Part shown: positions 1 through 11,061 of the stretch, piece after piece
Position numbering within the stretch: the first letter of the stretch is position 1
Layout: every line of letters starts with the position of its first letter
Source: an uncultured Chloroflexia bacterium
GTDB lineage: Bacteria; Chloroflexota; Limnocylindria; Limnocylindrales; CSP1-4
Assembly: GCA_963790915.1 (NCBI GenBank)
Contig: CAWBQS010000003.1
Coordinates: 856,304 to 920,303, forward strand
Direction: 5' to 3'
DNA length: 64,000 nt
Notes under the pieces: generated by a model
The model's database searches: none
The model's input: the letters and a program-made list of their open reading frames with translations, nothing else
Told to the model about the DNA's origin: nothing
Translations under genes and position numbers: made by a program

Positions 1-1215
1 TGGGCGTCGTCACGAACCCCACGCCGAGGCCGACGACCGCGAGCGAGGCCAGCAGACTGCTTGAGCCCCCGCCGATCCCGAACTCGGAGAGCAGGAGCAG
101 CCCGAGCGTGATCAGCAGCATGCCGGCCGTCGTCGGAGTGCGGCTGCCGAGGCGGTCGGTGAGTCTGCCGGAGAGCGGCGCGACGACGAGGATCAGGCCG
201 GTCATCGGCAGGAACGCCGCGCCTGTCTCGAGCGGCGAGTAGCCGCGGGCGGTCTGCAGATAGAGCGAGACGAAGAACAGCACGCTGCACATCACCGCCG
301 TCGAGAGGAGCATCACCGCGTTCGCGCCGGAGACCTCCTTCGACCCGAAGCGCTTCAGGTCGACGAGCGGCGGGGCGCGTCAGCTCGAGGCGGACGAATG
401 CGACGAGCGCCGCAGCGCCGCCCACGAGGCCGCCGAGCACGACCGCTGAGTCCCAGCCCGAGCGACCGACCTCGGTCAGTGCGAAGCCGAGCGCGAACAC
501 CGCCACAGTGGCCGCGGCGAGGCCGGGCAGGTCAGCGCCTCCCGCTGTCCGCCGCTGAGGCACTGTGGGGAGCGCGACGCGGGCGGCCAGCAGGCTCACG
601 GCTGCGAGCGGTACGTTGAGCAGGAAGACCCAGGCCCATCCCAGGCGCTCGGTCACGAGGGCTCCCACCAGCGGACCGAGCGCGAGCGCCGCCGCCCCGG
701 CGCCGGACCAGATCCCGAGCGCGAGGCCGCGCCCGCCAGAGCGGAAGGTCGCGGCGACGATCGCCAGCGACGCCGGAATGACCAGGGCGCCCGCGGCGCC
801 CTGAAGCGTCCGGCCGACGAGCAGCACCCCGGCGCTCTGGGCCAGACCCGAGACGAGCGAGGCGGCAGTGAAGAGCGCCAGACCCAGCAGCAGGACGCGA
901 CGCCCGCCAAGCAGATCCGTGAGACGGCCACCGGCGAGCAGAAGGACCGCCAAGGCGAGTGTGTAGGCATTGACGACCCACTCGAGGCCCGAGAGGTCGA
1001 GCCCGAGGTCACGGCCCAGCGATGGCAGTGCCACCGCGATCGCCGTGTCGCCGAGCGTCAGCAGGAACGAGGCGAGCGACAGCCCGGCGAGCGTCCACCA
1101 ACGCCGCGCCGACGGCGGTTTCGGCGCGCCCGCGGGAACAGCCCCCGGCGACGCCGCGCCGTGAGCGACCGGGCTCCGGCTCACGCTCGTCGTGTGCGTG
1201 GGCTGCGGCCGGCAT
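1..1215 (-). CDS. DHA2/EmrB-QacA-type MFS transporter, frameshifted, runs off window start
   Basis: Minus-strand frames read RRWWTLAGLSLASFLLTLGD..., LEWVVNAYTLALAVLLLAGGRLTDLLGGRR (MFS motif A) and WAWVFLLNVP; split across frames; start uncertain. Confidence 0.75.
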
Positions 1216-1282
1216 CGGCTGGTACGCAGTTGCCGGCGTCAGCCGTCATGCGGCCGGCCGGCCCTGTGAGGTCTCGCACGAC

Positions 1283-2627
1283 CTACACGAACGCCCGCGG
1301 GTCCAAGGTCGAGAAACCCCGGCTGACCTCCCAGTGAAGGTGAGTGCCGGTCACGTTCCCGGTGGCCCCCATGTAGCCGATCACCGTGCCCTGCCTGACG
1401 AACTGTCCAGCACGGACCGGGTAGCGGGGGAGCATATGCCCGTAGACCGTCTCCAGGCCACCAGCGTGCCCCATGACCACGACGAAGGCGCCGTCGGTGC
1501 GATAGCCGATGAAGGCAACCACACCATCCGCTGCGGCACGGATGGGCGTCCCGGTCGCGTTGGCGATGTCGATGCCGTCGTGGAAGCCCGGGCACGACCC
1601 CCGCGGTGGCTCGAGGGAGAACCCGGTACAGCCATAGCCCTGCGTCACGACCCCACGTCGTGGGCCAGATCATGGGACCACCGCCTCCCCCTCCGGCGCG
1701 ACGCGAGGCGGTCGCCTGCGCCTGGCGCACGAGACCCGCGATGCGACGCTGGAGGGCTGCCTTGGCGGCCACCTGCTCGGCCACGAGCCGTTTGGCGTCC
1801 CCCTCGTTCTTCACGAGCTGACGGTAACGGGCCTTCTGGGCCTGCTGGATCCTCTTGGTCTTCTTCTCCAGCTTCACGAGCTGGGCACGCGCGGCCCCGA
1901 GCTCGGCCCGGCGGGCCTCGATCTGCTGCTGCGTCTCGATCGTGTCGCGGCGCAGCTTGTCGGTGCGCAGGCGTGTGGCGGCTGTGAGCAGTCGGAGCGT
2001 GTCGAGGGCCTGCTGGTCGTCCGCGATCTCCGCGACGAGGGCCGCGTCCTGGTCGCCATAGGCGAGATAGGCGGAGGCCTGACTCAGGACGTCGGAGAAC
2101 GAGTCGGCCGTGAAGACCTGCTCGAGCAGCGTGGTGTTCTCCGTCCGGTAGGCCTCGGCCAGTCGCTGGCCGAGTGCCTGGCGGCGCGCCTTCAGGTCGT
2201 CCTCGCCACTCGCGAGCTCCTGCTCGAGCAGGCCGAGGGTGTAGTCGGTCTCGCGAAGCTCACCCACGAGGGCGTCGTGGCGAGCCTGGGCACGCTCGAG
2301 TGCTGCCGTGGCGCGCTCGATCTGGGCCTTCACGCGACCAAGGTCGGCGTTGATCGCCCCCAACTGCCGCTCCGTGTCCGCGATCGCGGACTGCGTGCTC
2401 GCCTGGTCCTGGCGCAGGTCGCGCAGCAGCGCCTCGGAGCGTGCGATCGAGACGGCGAGCTCCTGCTGGCGCTCCCGGGCAGCTTCGATCTGATCCGACA
2501 GACCGGCACCGAAGGCTGGCGGTGGCGCCGTCGTCGGGATCGCGAGGAGGACGATCAGGGCAAGGACGAACAGTCGTGGAGGCGTCAGGGCGCGCGGGCG
2601 TGACTGATCACGTGACGACGTCGGCAA
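1283..2627 (-). CDS. Coiled-coil M23 peptidase (EnvC/murein hydrolase activator-like), frameshift near 1650
   Basis: Signal peptide and long coiled coil (ORF 1239..2627); M23 domain HDGID...YGHM...HLHWEV in frame 1283..1648. Confidence 0.85.
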
Positions 2628-2729
2628 GAGTGCACCTCAACAGAAGGTCGACCTTCGACACCCTGGGGGACGCGAAGGTCGAGGTCGCGGGCTTCCGACC
2701 GCATAGGCTGGGCTCGCGTCCTTGGATCG

Positions 2730-2883
2730 ACCTGAGAGGCGGATGGGAATCCCGATCCGGCAGACGGACGGAGAAACGAGTGGAGCGCGTCCGGCAGTGA
2801 TGAAGTCCGCGGGCTCAGAGAACACCGGAGCTTGCCTCGCGCGGTGGAGCTAAGTTCTCATCCGCCTCTCAGGTGGTTCTAAG
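2730..2883. promoter_or_regulatory. Inverted pair of OmpR-type boxes in divergent intergenic region
   Basis: 2730-2749 ACCTGAGAGGCGGATGGGAA and 2855-2874 TTCTCATCCGCCTCTCAGGT are 19/20 reverse complements; CTCAT/CTCAG/CTAAG at 2857/2868/2879. Confidence 0.6.
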
Positions 2884-2971
2884 GCCATAGGCGGACGGTG
2901 TGGATGACACAGCCCGAGGACGCCGTCCACCCACCGAAGCGGGCCCGTGACCCTGTCGTGGGGAAGAAGCT

Positions 2972-4334
2972 ATGGGCAACTGGAAGCTGACCAGGGCACA
3001 GGAACCGCAGGCGCTCACGGAGCCGGTCCTGCGCGAGATGCGCCACGGCCAGGTCGGGGGTCTCACGCGCCGCCAGCTCATCCGCCGCTCCATCGGCGCC
3101 GCCGTGGGCCTCGGGTCCTGGAGGTCTCGGCCGGCACGCTGGGCTTCCTGTGGCCGAACCTGGCGCGCGGTGGTTTCGGCGGCCAGATCAACCTCGGCAC
3201 CATCGAGACCGTCGACCAGAACCCGGAGGTCAAGGGCCTCACGCTGGCGGATGGCGCCCCGGCCTACTTCCCGCAGGCGCGCACCTTCGTGCAGCTCATC
3301 GACCCCAACCTGGGCTTCGCGAACGGCGATTCGCCGGACGGGTCGGGGACCACCACCAACGTGCGCACCATGTGGCAGAAGTGCCCGCACCTGGGCTGCA
3401 AGCCCAACTTCTGTGACATCAACTACTGGTTCGAGTGCCCCTGCCACGGCTCACGCTACGACCGGCTCGGGACCAAGGTGCAGGAGCTGGGCCCGGCCCC
3501 GCGAGGGCTTGACCGCTTTGCCCACGTGGTCCAGAACGGTGAGCTCATCGTGGACACCGGCACGGTCATCCTAGGTCCGCTGCCCGTCGCGCTCGGCCAG
3601 GCGGGTCTCATTCCCGCCAACTCGCCCGGCGGCTGCATACGAGCGACGAGGCCAGGGTCGGCGAGCTCTGGCGCGCTGACCCGGACGACACCGCGCCGAG
3701 GACTCGGCTCTGACGCCCGCCCCGGCGGCGAGCAGCGCGCCGTGGAACGTTTCTCGGCGGGGTCCACGATGCACGCGGTCGGGCTTACGGAGGAGCGCGG
3801 CGCGCAGATCGTGCGCCAGAGTGCCAACGCACGCACGTTCGTCCTCCTGGCCGTCCTGCTCATCGCTGTCTTCATCCCGGCCTATTGGTTCATGGAGAGC
3901 GGCATCCCGGTCCTGGGGATCGTCGGTCGCATGGAACAGGAGGCCCTAGCCCAGGCTGGTGGCGAGCCTCCGGAGCTGGCCGCGGTGACGGAGCCGGGCA
4001 CCTCCGGTGACCCCCGCGTCATCCGCCTGGAGCTGACCGCGGGGCTCCAGATCGTCGATGTCGAGGGCGCGCCGGTGGAGGCCCTGGCCGTGCAGGCCGG
4101 TGAGACCGTCCGCTTCGAGCTGGAGAACAGCGCCGGATTACGCACAACTTCTACATCGGAGAGGTGGGCGAGTTGGTAGCCGACCAGACGAGCGACCTGC
4201 CTGGCGTGCCGGCATGGTCAACGGGTCCGCGGACGCTCGAGTGGGTGGTCCCTCGCGACGCGCGCCTGCAGTTCGCGTGCACCATCCCAGGTCACTACGA
4301 GCCGATGCACGGCGACTTGGCGATCCAGTCGTGA
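2972..4334 (+). CDS. Rieske 2Fe-2S protein (QcrA/PetC-like) running into a membrane anchor and a cupredoxin domain; frameshifts near 3115 and 4140
   Basis: Tat-like TRRQLIRR; CPHLGC and CPCHGSRYD Rieske motifs; downstream HNFYIG...FACTIPGHYEPMHG type-1 copper motif in a shifted frame. Confidence 0.7.
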
Positions 4335-4496
4335 CGTAGGGGCGCAGCGCCGACCGAGCGCACCGCGCTCAGGGCTGACCGTCGGCGGATCCGCGAAGCC
4401 GGGGCGCTGAGGATCGACGGCTCTCGACGCCGGGGGCGCGAGCCCGACCCCGGCTTCTGCCCGCTCCTGACGGCTTCGGGGGCGTACGGCTATCTC

Positions 4497-4727
4497 TCAC
4501 CCGGAAACGCTGGTGCGCTGGTAGTGGGACGCGGCCCCGGGATCGATGACGTGGGCCCGGTGCTCGAAACCCTCGGCCCATCTCGGCGGGTCGTCCCGGA
4601 ACGTGTCGGCGCATACGGCCTCGCAGAAGTGGTACATGGAGCCATCGTGGATGACGTAGATCGCGTCCTCGCGACGGATGGTCATCCCACACACGGGATC
4701 GGTGACCTGATCGTGGATCTCGGACAT
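4497..4727 (-). CDS. YHS domain protein
   Basis: MSEIHDQVTDPVCGM...YHFCEAVCADTF; RBS AAGGAG upstream. Confidence 0.85.
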   Translation of the reverse strand: MSEIHDQVTDPVCGMTIRREDAIYVIHDGSMYHFCEAVCADTFRDDPPRWAEGFEHRAHVIDPGAASHYQRTSVSG

Positions 4728-4790
4728 CTGGCTCTCCTTCTGGGCGGGGTGCCCGCCGGCATCGTAGGCTTCGAAGCGTGACAGCGCCCC

Positions 4791-4817
4791 CTGAGTGCCC
4801 GATGAGCGACGCCTGAG
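4791..4817 (-). promoter_or_regulatory. OmpR/MprA-like tandem boxes
   Basis: CTGAG/ATGAG/CTGAG at 4791/4802/4813 (11-bp period), upstream of the YHS gene. Confidence 0.6.
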
Positions 4818-4872
4818 AAGACCCCGGTTCCACCGCGTGGCCCGACCACGTGGACGGTACGGGCTGGTCCGG

Positions 4873-6085
4873 CTACGCTCGCTCGCCCGCGACGGTGGGG
4901 CTCCGTCGCCATGAGAATTCACGCCGATCCGCTCGCAGCCGCAGGAGCACCTGCCGAACGACCATGTACGCTGCGGATGCCGCCACGAAGACGCCCCCTT
5001 CGAAACCCACGGCGTGCCCCAGGACCAGCGTCGCAGCAGCCACCCCGATGGCCAGGCCAGCCCCCGACTCCAGCAGTTGTGTCGGGACACGCCGGGCGCC
5101 GATGCGTCGATCCGACGACCAGATCCCCCAGCGGGAGCACGTCATGCGGCCGGCACAGCAGCCCGTCAGTAAGCAGCCGATGCGCCCGATGGCGACGGCG
5201 AGGAACAGGCCAGGCGCGGCGGCGTCGAGGAACACGCCGATGGGCTGTCCGGACACGACCAGTCCGACCAGCGCGACTCCGGACGCGACGACGAAGAAGC
5301 CGTCCACGGCCCAGCCTCCGAGGAGTGCCCTCCGCCACGGACCCGGCTGGAGGAACGCGTACCAGAGCTTGGCTCCCAGCAGCCCCGACGCGGCCGCGAT
5401 GATCGCGACCGTCAGCGCCGGCCCGACCGGGATGCTCTCGTGCGCAAGGATCAGCACCAGGGTGGCAACGGCCACGGACGCCGCGAGGAGGCCCAGCGCA
5501 GCCCAGCTCCCGCGCATGACCCCGGGCCTCCGCGCGAGGGGTGCCAGCATCGCCCAGCGGGTCGCCAGCGGTGTAGCTGGCCCGTCGGACAGCGCCCAGC
5601 GGCGCCACGACCACGACGCCCGGGCGATCGGGTCCGCCTCGCGTCTCGAGGGGCCTCGGCCGGCTCGAGGCCGGAGGAGCTCACCACGGACTTCCCACTC
5701 GCCAGCCCGTAGGCCACTGACCGTGGTGGTGATCGACACGGGCCCGCTGCCGGGCAGGACGCCATCGATCCGATCTTGGTGTTCGAACCTGTCCTGACGT
5801 TCAGGGGTTCCGTCGGTGCCGATCCGCTGACCGGTCAACCGAACGATCGGCTGAGTACGGCTCACCCTCGACGCCAGGATCGAACCAATGGCTGACGACG
5901 AGCGCCTCGGGCTCGCTGGACTCGGCGGACGCGGTCCCGTCGCCTGCCGGACGATGGGCGACAGCCACCTGCCCAGCACTCGTCGTCGGCCCCGACCGTG
6001 CCGCTCGTCGCGACGCGCCGGGAGTGGGTCTCGTCGAGTGTCTCGCGGCCGCTGCGGCCTTTCTGCGTGCGGCCCGGTTGTCCAT
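4873..6085 (-). CDS. Prolipoprotein diacylglyceryl transferase (Lgt)-like protein with N-terminal extension, frameshift near 5850
   Basis: GLLGAKLWY, FLDAAAPGLFLAVAIGRIGCLLTGCCAGR, PTQLLES; N-terminal part in ORF 5801..6148. Confidence 0.75.
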
Positions 6086-6266
6086 CAACCCTGGCCGTTC
6101 CGTTCGAGTCGCGGCGCGCGGTACGCCATCGCTCTGTGAGCCGGGCATAGGAATCCATGAGCGAACGTCACGCCCCGGCGGTCCCGCGTTCGCGGTGACA
6201 CGCGCATCCGCCAGCGCGGCGGAGCGGTCGCGGCTGGCTTATGGGGAGGAAGGGCGGCGGTGGGCA

Positions 6267-6938
6267 TCAGCGGGGCGGGGCCGCATCCTCGGACCTCGGA
6301 AGCCCGCCGCGGCCGAGATGAGGGACGAGGCGTGGTGTGGCCGCCGCGTACTCCTCGTACTCCGCACCGAAGGTCGCCCGCACCTCGCGCTCCTCGGAGG
6401 CTGCCAGCCGCCCGTAGGCGAACACCAGGATCGGGAACATCAGCAGGGTCAGGAGCGTCGGCCACTGCACCAGGAAGCCCGCCATGATGAGCAGGAACCC
6501 GAGGTACTGCGGGTGGCGGACCCGGCGATACGGGCCAGACGTGGCGAGCTGGTGCTCGCGCTGCGCCCTCCAGAGGACCGGCCATGCCTTCGCAAGGAGG
6601 ATGAACCCAGCTCCCATGATGACGTAGCTGGCAAGGTGGAACGGGCTCACGTGTGGGTCACCCTGCCAGCCGATCAGGTCGTTCAAGAGGTGGCCGCCGG
6701 CGTGGGTAGGGACCAGCGCCGGGAAACTGGAGCCGAGCCAGCCCGACAGGGCATAGATGGTGAGGGGGATGCCATACATCTCGGTGAAGAGGGCCACGAT
6801 GAACGCCGAGTACGCGCCCATCGCCCTCCAGTCACGCCTCGTGCGAGGGTGGAAGAAGCTCGCGGCGAAGGCGATGAAGATGATCGAGTTGATCACCACG
6901 AGGAGCCAGAGGCCTCCACCGAAATCGTCACCGCCCAT
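6267..6938 (-). CDS. Isoprenylcysteine carboxyl methyltransferase (ICMT/PEMT) family membrane protein
   Basis: ALFTEMYGIPLTIY and LATSGPYRRVRHPQYLG...EE motifs. Confidence 0.85.
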   Translation of the reverse strand: MGGDDFGGGLWLLVVINSIIFIAFAASFFHPRTRRDWRAMGAYSAFIVALFTEMYGIPLTIYALSGWLGSSFPALVPTHAGGHLLNDLIGWQGDPHVSPFHLASYVIMGAGFILLAKAWPVLWRAQREHQLATSGPYRRVRHPQYLGFLLIMAGFLVQWPTLLTLLMFPILVFAYGRLAASEEREVRATFGAEYEEYAAATPRLVPHLGRGGLPRSEDAAPPR

Positions 6939-7188
6939 CGTTCGCCACCTCCCCGACGGCCTCAGACTCAGGCTGGCCGGGGCGATATCCGGCCCGCTCG
7001 ATGGCGCGCGCGAGCGCCCAAGGGTCCACCTCTGCAGGGTCGTAGTCGACATACGCCGTCTCGGTGGCCGGGTTGACGTACGCGCGCAGCACCCCGTTCA
7101 CGCCGATCAGCTCGCGCTCGACCATGCGACCTGACGTCCCACAGCCGAGGTCGAGAATCGGTATCCGAAGACCGCGTATCACTTCCAC
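6928..7188 (-). CDS. HMA-fold protein with degenerate metal motif
   Basis: LDLGCGTSGRMVERELIGVNGVLRAYVNPATETAYVDYDP...AIERAGY. Confidence 0.7.
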   Translation of the reverse strand: MEVIRGLRIPILDLGCGTSGRMVERELIGVNGVLRAYVNPATETAYVDYDPAEVDPWALARAIERAGYRPGQPESEAVGEVANDGR

Positions 7189-7210
7189 GAGAGCAGCATC
7201 GACCAGCCGC

Positions 7211-7237
7211 CTGAGTGCAAGGTGAGTCGCACCTGAG
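7211..7237 (-). promoter_or_regulatory. OmpR/MprA-like tandem boxes
   Basis: CTGAG/GTGAG/CTGAG at 7211/7222/7233. Confidence 0.6.
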
Positions 7238-7349
7238 AACCTCATGCGGGCGCCGGCGATGGCAGCGGGGCGGCCGCCGAACGCGCGATCAGGTTGCGCC
7301 GCTACCCCTCGCGCTGGACCAGCCTTTGTCCACGTCCGCCTGGGGAACA

Positions 7350-7388
7350 GCTGAAACCCCCAGTGCGGGGTCACCGGGGGTCTCAGCC
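7350..7388 (-). terminator. Probable intrinsic terminator hairpin
   Basis: GCTGAAACCCCCAGTG...CACCGGGGGTCTCAGC imperfect inverted repeat downstream of the small ORF. Confidence 0.4.
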
Positions 7389-7456
7389 GGCCGAGGGTGT
7401 CCACCGCTCGGACCGTCAGGGCATCGGTCTGGACTCTCGCCGTGCCTTCACGGCGA

Positions 7457-7645
7457 TCAGGTGAGCATCCCCAGGATCACGTCCAGGGTCAGGGATGTCC
7501 GGCGCTCGACCAGACGGGCGACGCGGCGCGGGCGGCCGCCGGTCCGCGATAGCTTCCGACGGTCGAGCCCTGGCCAGAGGAGCAGGGCACGCCGGCGCAC
7601 ATCAACGCCGCTGGGGTCGACGGGCGCGAATGGATCGGTACGCAT
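7457..7645 (-). CDS. Small basic hypothetical protein (62 aa)
   Basis: Strong RBS AAGGAGG before ATG; MRTDPFAPV...LLWPGLDRRKLSR...ILGMLT. Confidence 0.6.
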   Translation of the reverse strand: MRTDPFAPVDPSGVDVRRRALLLWPGLDRRKLSRTGGRPRRVARLVERRTSLTLDVILGMLT

Positions 7646-7729
7646 CGGATCGTCCTCCTTCGGGCCGCGTACCAGACCGAGGTTTGATGGCCCAGTACGT
7701 TCGGTGCGACAGGAGGATCGACCCAGCTG

Positions 7730-7756
7730 ATGAGCGCAGGCTGAGGGCACGGTAAG
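7730..7756 (-). promoter_or_regulatory. OmpR/MprA-like tandem boxes
   Basis: ATGAG/CTGAG/GTAAG at 7730/7741/7752. Confidence 0.55.
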
Positions 7757-7785
7757 AACTCCGGTCGGCGCTTCCTGCGCCCACC

Positions 7786-9193
7786 TCACGAGCGCCGGGG
7801 CAGCTCGACCGTGGCGACCGTGCCACCGCCCTCGTGATCGGTCAGGGAGATGCGGCCTCCATGCGCTTCGACGATCCAGTGCGCGATGGCCAGCCCGAGC
7901 CCGGTCCCAGACGGGCGCAACTGCTGCGCTCGGCCTCCCCGATACAGGCGCTCGAAGAGCCGCTCTCGGTCCTGTTCGTCGATTCCGATGCCCGTGTCTT
8001 CCACTCGGACGATCGCGCTCAGATCGCGGACCACGAGACTGGCGATCACACTCGCCGCCCGCCGGCGTGTAGCGAGCGGCGTTGTCGAGCAGGATCCCGA
8101 GCAGCTCGCTCAGACGATCTCGGTCACCGTCCACGCGCGCCGGCTCGACGGCGCCCAAGGACATGCGCACATGCGACGTCGCTTGATGCTGCCGGCGGAC
8201 GGAGTCGACGAGCAGCGCATCGAGGTCCACGGGCTCGAACCGCAGGCGCGCCCCCGATTCCGCGCGTGCCAGGGACAGCAGGTCCGCGATGAGCCGAGCC
8301 ATTCGCTCGGCCTCATCGCGGGCATCGGCGAGGATCTCGCGGCGTTCGGCCTCCGGCAGGTCCGGTCGTCCGAGGAGGTCGAGGTTGGCACGGACGGTCG
8401 TGAGTGGGGTGCGTAACTGGTGGGACGCGTCGCCCAGGAAGCGCCGCAGGGTCAGATGGTTCTGCTCGAGCACTGCGAGCATCTCGTTGAACGCGACCGT
8501 CAGCTCGCCCACCTCGTCGCGCCGGGCGCCCGTGTCCACCCGTGCCGCGAAATCTCCGGACAGCGAGATGGCGCGGGCGATCTCGGTCACATGAGCTACG
8601 GGTGCGAGCGCCCCCCTGGCGAGGACGAGCCCGATGACCAATGCCGCGCCGGCCACGACCACGCCCCCACCAAGGAGCGCGACACCGACGGTCTCGAGGA
8701 GGTCGTGCATCGGTGTGGTCGATGCGGCCCACGCGACGTACCCAGCGAGCTCTCCGTCAGGCAGCAGCACGGGTTCGACGGTCAAGCGGAGCATGTCCCC
8801 GGAGACCGTACTGTCCCGGATGGCCTTGGCATGCTCGGCCGCCTGGTTCAGATCGCTCGTCGTGATGGGCAGGGCAGGGGAACCGGGTAGCGCCGAATCG
8901 GCCAGGAGGCGGCCGTCCCCGTCGAGGACGAGGACCCGGCCGCCGGTCGAGGCGAACAGGTCGATCAGTGCATCAGGTGCTGACAGCACACCCTGGTCAT
9001 CGACCTCATGGGCAAGGACGCCGGCCGCGTGCTCCGCGTCGGCGCGCAGGCCGGCATCGAAGGAGCGCATCAGCTCGGAACCGAGGATGAGGTAGACCTC
9101 GCCTCCGAACACCATCAGGGCGACCGCCAGCAGACCCGTGTAGATGAGCGCCAGGCGCGCCCGTAACGAGGGCTCCTGAACGAGGAGTCTCAC
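7786..9193 (-). CDS. HAMP sensor histidine kinase (MprB-like), frameshift near 8050
   Basis: [12 protein letters not shown]-box, LLDNAARY N-box; DTGIGI and GTGLGLAI in ORF 7786..8049. Confidence 0.9.
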
Positions 9194-9870
9194 TCCTTGA
9201 GGACATAGCCGGCGCCGCGGACCGTATGGATGAGCCGCGCCCCTCCGTCCGCCTCCGTCTTGGTCCGCAGGTACCGGATGTAGACCTCGAGGATGTTGGA
9301 CTCACCCTCGAAGTCATACGCCCAGACATGCTCCATGATCATGTCGCGCGTGAGCACCTTGCGTGGATGACGCATGAGCAGGACCAGCAGGTTGTACTCG
9401 GTCGTGGTCAACTCGAACGTCCGGCCCGCCCGCGCCCCCTCGCGCGCGTCCACATCGAGCTCGAGGTCCGCGAACCGAAGGACCTCGCCCGATGGGGTCG
9501 AGCGCCGGCGCAGCAGGGCGTGGACCCGTGCCAGGAGTTCCTCCAAGCTGAAGGGCTTGACGAGGTAGTCGTCCGCGCCGGTCTCCAGCCCCATCACGCG
9601 GTCGCTCACCTCATCGCGAGCCGTGAGCATCAGGATGGCCGTTTCGTCGCCCGCCTCCCGCAGTCGCCGCGTGACCTCCAGGCCGTCGATGCCCGGGAGC
9701 ATGACGTCGAGGACGACGAGCTCGGGCAGATGCTCTCTCGCCTTGGCCAACCCTTCCTCGCCGCTGGCCGCCTCGACGACACGATAGCCCTCGTACGACA
9801 GGCCGCGACGCACGACCGCGCGGATCTTGGCGTCGTCGTCCACCACCAGGATGCGGGTGGCCTCGCTCAT
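9190..9870 (-). CDS. OmpR-family response regulator (MprA-like)
   Basis: [46 protein letters not shown]. Confidence 0.93.
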   Translation of the reverse strand: MSEATRILVVDDDAKIRAVVRRGLSYEGYRVVEAASGEEGLAKAREHLPELVVLDVMLPGIDGLEVTRRLREAGDETAILMLTARDEVSDRVMGLETGADDYLVKPFSLEELLARVHALLRRRSTPSGEVLRFADLELDVDAREGARAGRTFELTTTEYNLLVLLMRHPRKVLTRDMIMEHVWAYDFEGESNILEVYIRYLRTKTEADGGARLIHTVRGAGYVLKE

Positions 9871-9898
9871 CTCGTTCGAGCCTCCGTCCGATCGCCCC

Positions 9899-10975
9899 TC
9901 ACATCCCAGGCATGCCGCTCGACATCGGGGCCATCGTAGGCTGCGGGCCACTGTCCGTCGACACCGGGGTCGGGGCTGGGGACCCGGCCGGCCGCACATT
10001 GACGGCGACGATCAGCCCGCCGGGCTCCTGGCCAGCGTTCGAGGCGTGGTGGAGGTCGTGGCAGTGCAGCAACCAGGTCCCTGGGTTGTCCGCGCGGAAG
10101 ACCACGTCGTAGGTCTCGCCCTGCAGGATGGGCAGGGTGTTGAGGCGCTGCGGCTGGGCGAGGGTCTCCCCGTCCTTGGCGAAGACGGCCATGTCCATGC
10201 CATGGAGGTGCATCGGGTGGATGGTCTGGCTGGGGTTGATGAAGCGCAGACGGACGAGGTCGCCCTCCTCGACGTCGATGGCTTGTGTCGACGGGTACGA
10301 TTTGCCGTTGATGGTGAAGTAGTCGTAGTCCATGCTCATCGAGCCAGTGGCGTCCATCCCATCGGTCCCGACCATCCAGCCCTGCAACGCCAGCACGTAC
10401 TCCTCGTCCGCCGCGATCGGATCCGGGCCCTGTGGGTCGATGATGAGCGGCGCATAGAGACCCCTGTCGATCTGTTCCCGGCTGCGATCGCCATGCGCGT
10501 GGTACATGAACGTACCCGCGTGCGGGGCCACGAATTGGTAGGTGTAGGTCTGTCCGGGCTCGATGGGTGCCTGGGTGACGCCCGCGACGCCGTCCTGCTC
10601 ATTCGGGATGTGCAGCCCATGCCAATGGATCGACGTCGACTCGTCCGACTGGTTGTCGACGACGACCTCGACGGTGTCGCCTTCGGTCACGCGGATCGTG
10701 GGGCCAGGGACGGTGCCGTTGAAGGTGATGGCATCACTGGTGACGCCCGGCAGCAGCTCCCAAGATGTCTGCTGGACCGTCAGCTCGAAGCGCCTCGACT
10801 CGCCTGTCGGGGCGATCGGCCGTTCCACCAGGAGGGCCTCGAGCGCCGCCCGGTCGGTGGTCGGCTGCGCAGCCGTGGGTGAGCCCGCCGCTACGATGCC
10901 CCCCGTGGCGGCGAATGTGCTGAGGGCCAGACTCGCGATGATGGTCGCAGAAGGACGTGGGATCGATCGCTGCAT
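9899..10975 (-). CDS. Two-domain multicopper oxidase, secreted
   Basis: HWHG, MYHAH, HPMHLHG and HCHDLHH copper motifs; N-terminal signal. Confidence 0.92.
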   Translation of the reverse strand: MQRSIPRPSATIIASLALSTFAATGGIVAAGSPTAAQPTTDRAALEALLVERPIAPTGESRRFELTVQQTSWELLPGVTSDAITFNGTVPGPTIRVTEGDTVEVVVDNQSDESTSIHWHGLHIPNEQDGVAGVTQAPIEPGQTYTYQFVAPHAGTFMYHAHGDRSREQIDRGLYAPLIIDPQGPDPIAADEEYVLALQGWMVGTDGMDATGSMSMDYDYFTINGKSYPSTQAIDVEEGDLVRLRFINPSQTIHPMHLHGMDMAVFAKDGETLAQPQRLNTLPILQGETYDVVFRADNPGTWLLHCHDLHHASNAGQEPGGLIVAVNVRPAGSPAPTPVSTDSGPQPTMAPMSSGMPGM

Positions 10976-11023
10976 TGGAGACCCTCTGATGCGATGGGAC
11001 GAGCATGAAGATGCCGCTCTAAC

Positions 11024-11061
11024 CTGAGCGTCAGATGAGTGTTGTCTGAGTCTTGGCTGAG
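11024..11061 (-). promoter_or_regulatory. Four tandem OmpR/MprA-like boxes
   Basis: CTGAG/ATGAG/CTGAG/CTGAG at 11024/11035/11046/11057, upstream of the oxidase-regulator-kinase operon. Confidence 0.7.

Noticed and set aside
2630-2860. c-di-AMP (ydaO) riboswitch upstream of the M23 peptidase
   Set aside because: Conserved ydaO elements not recognisable; the inverted repeat is better explained as paired regulator boxes
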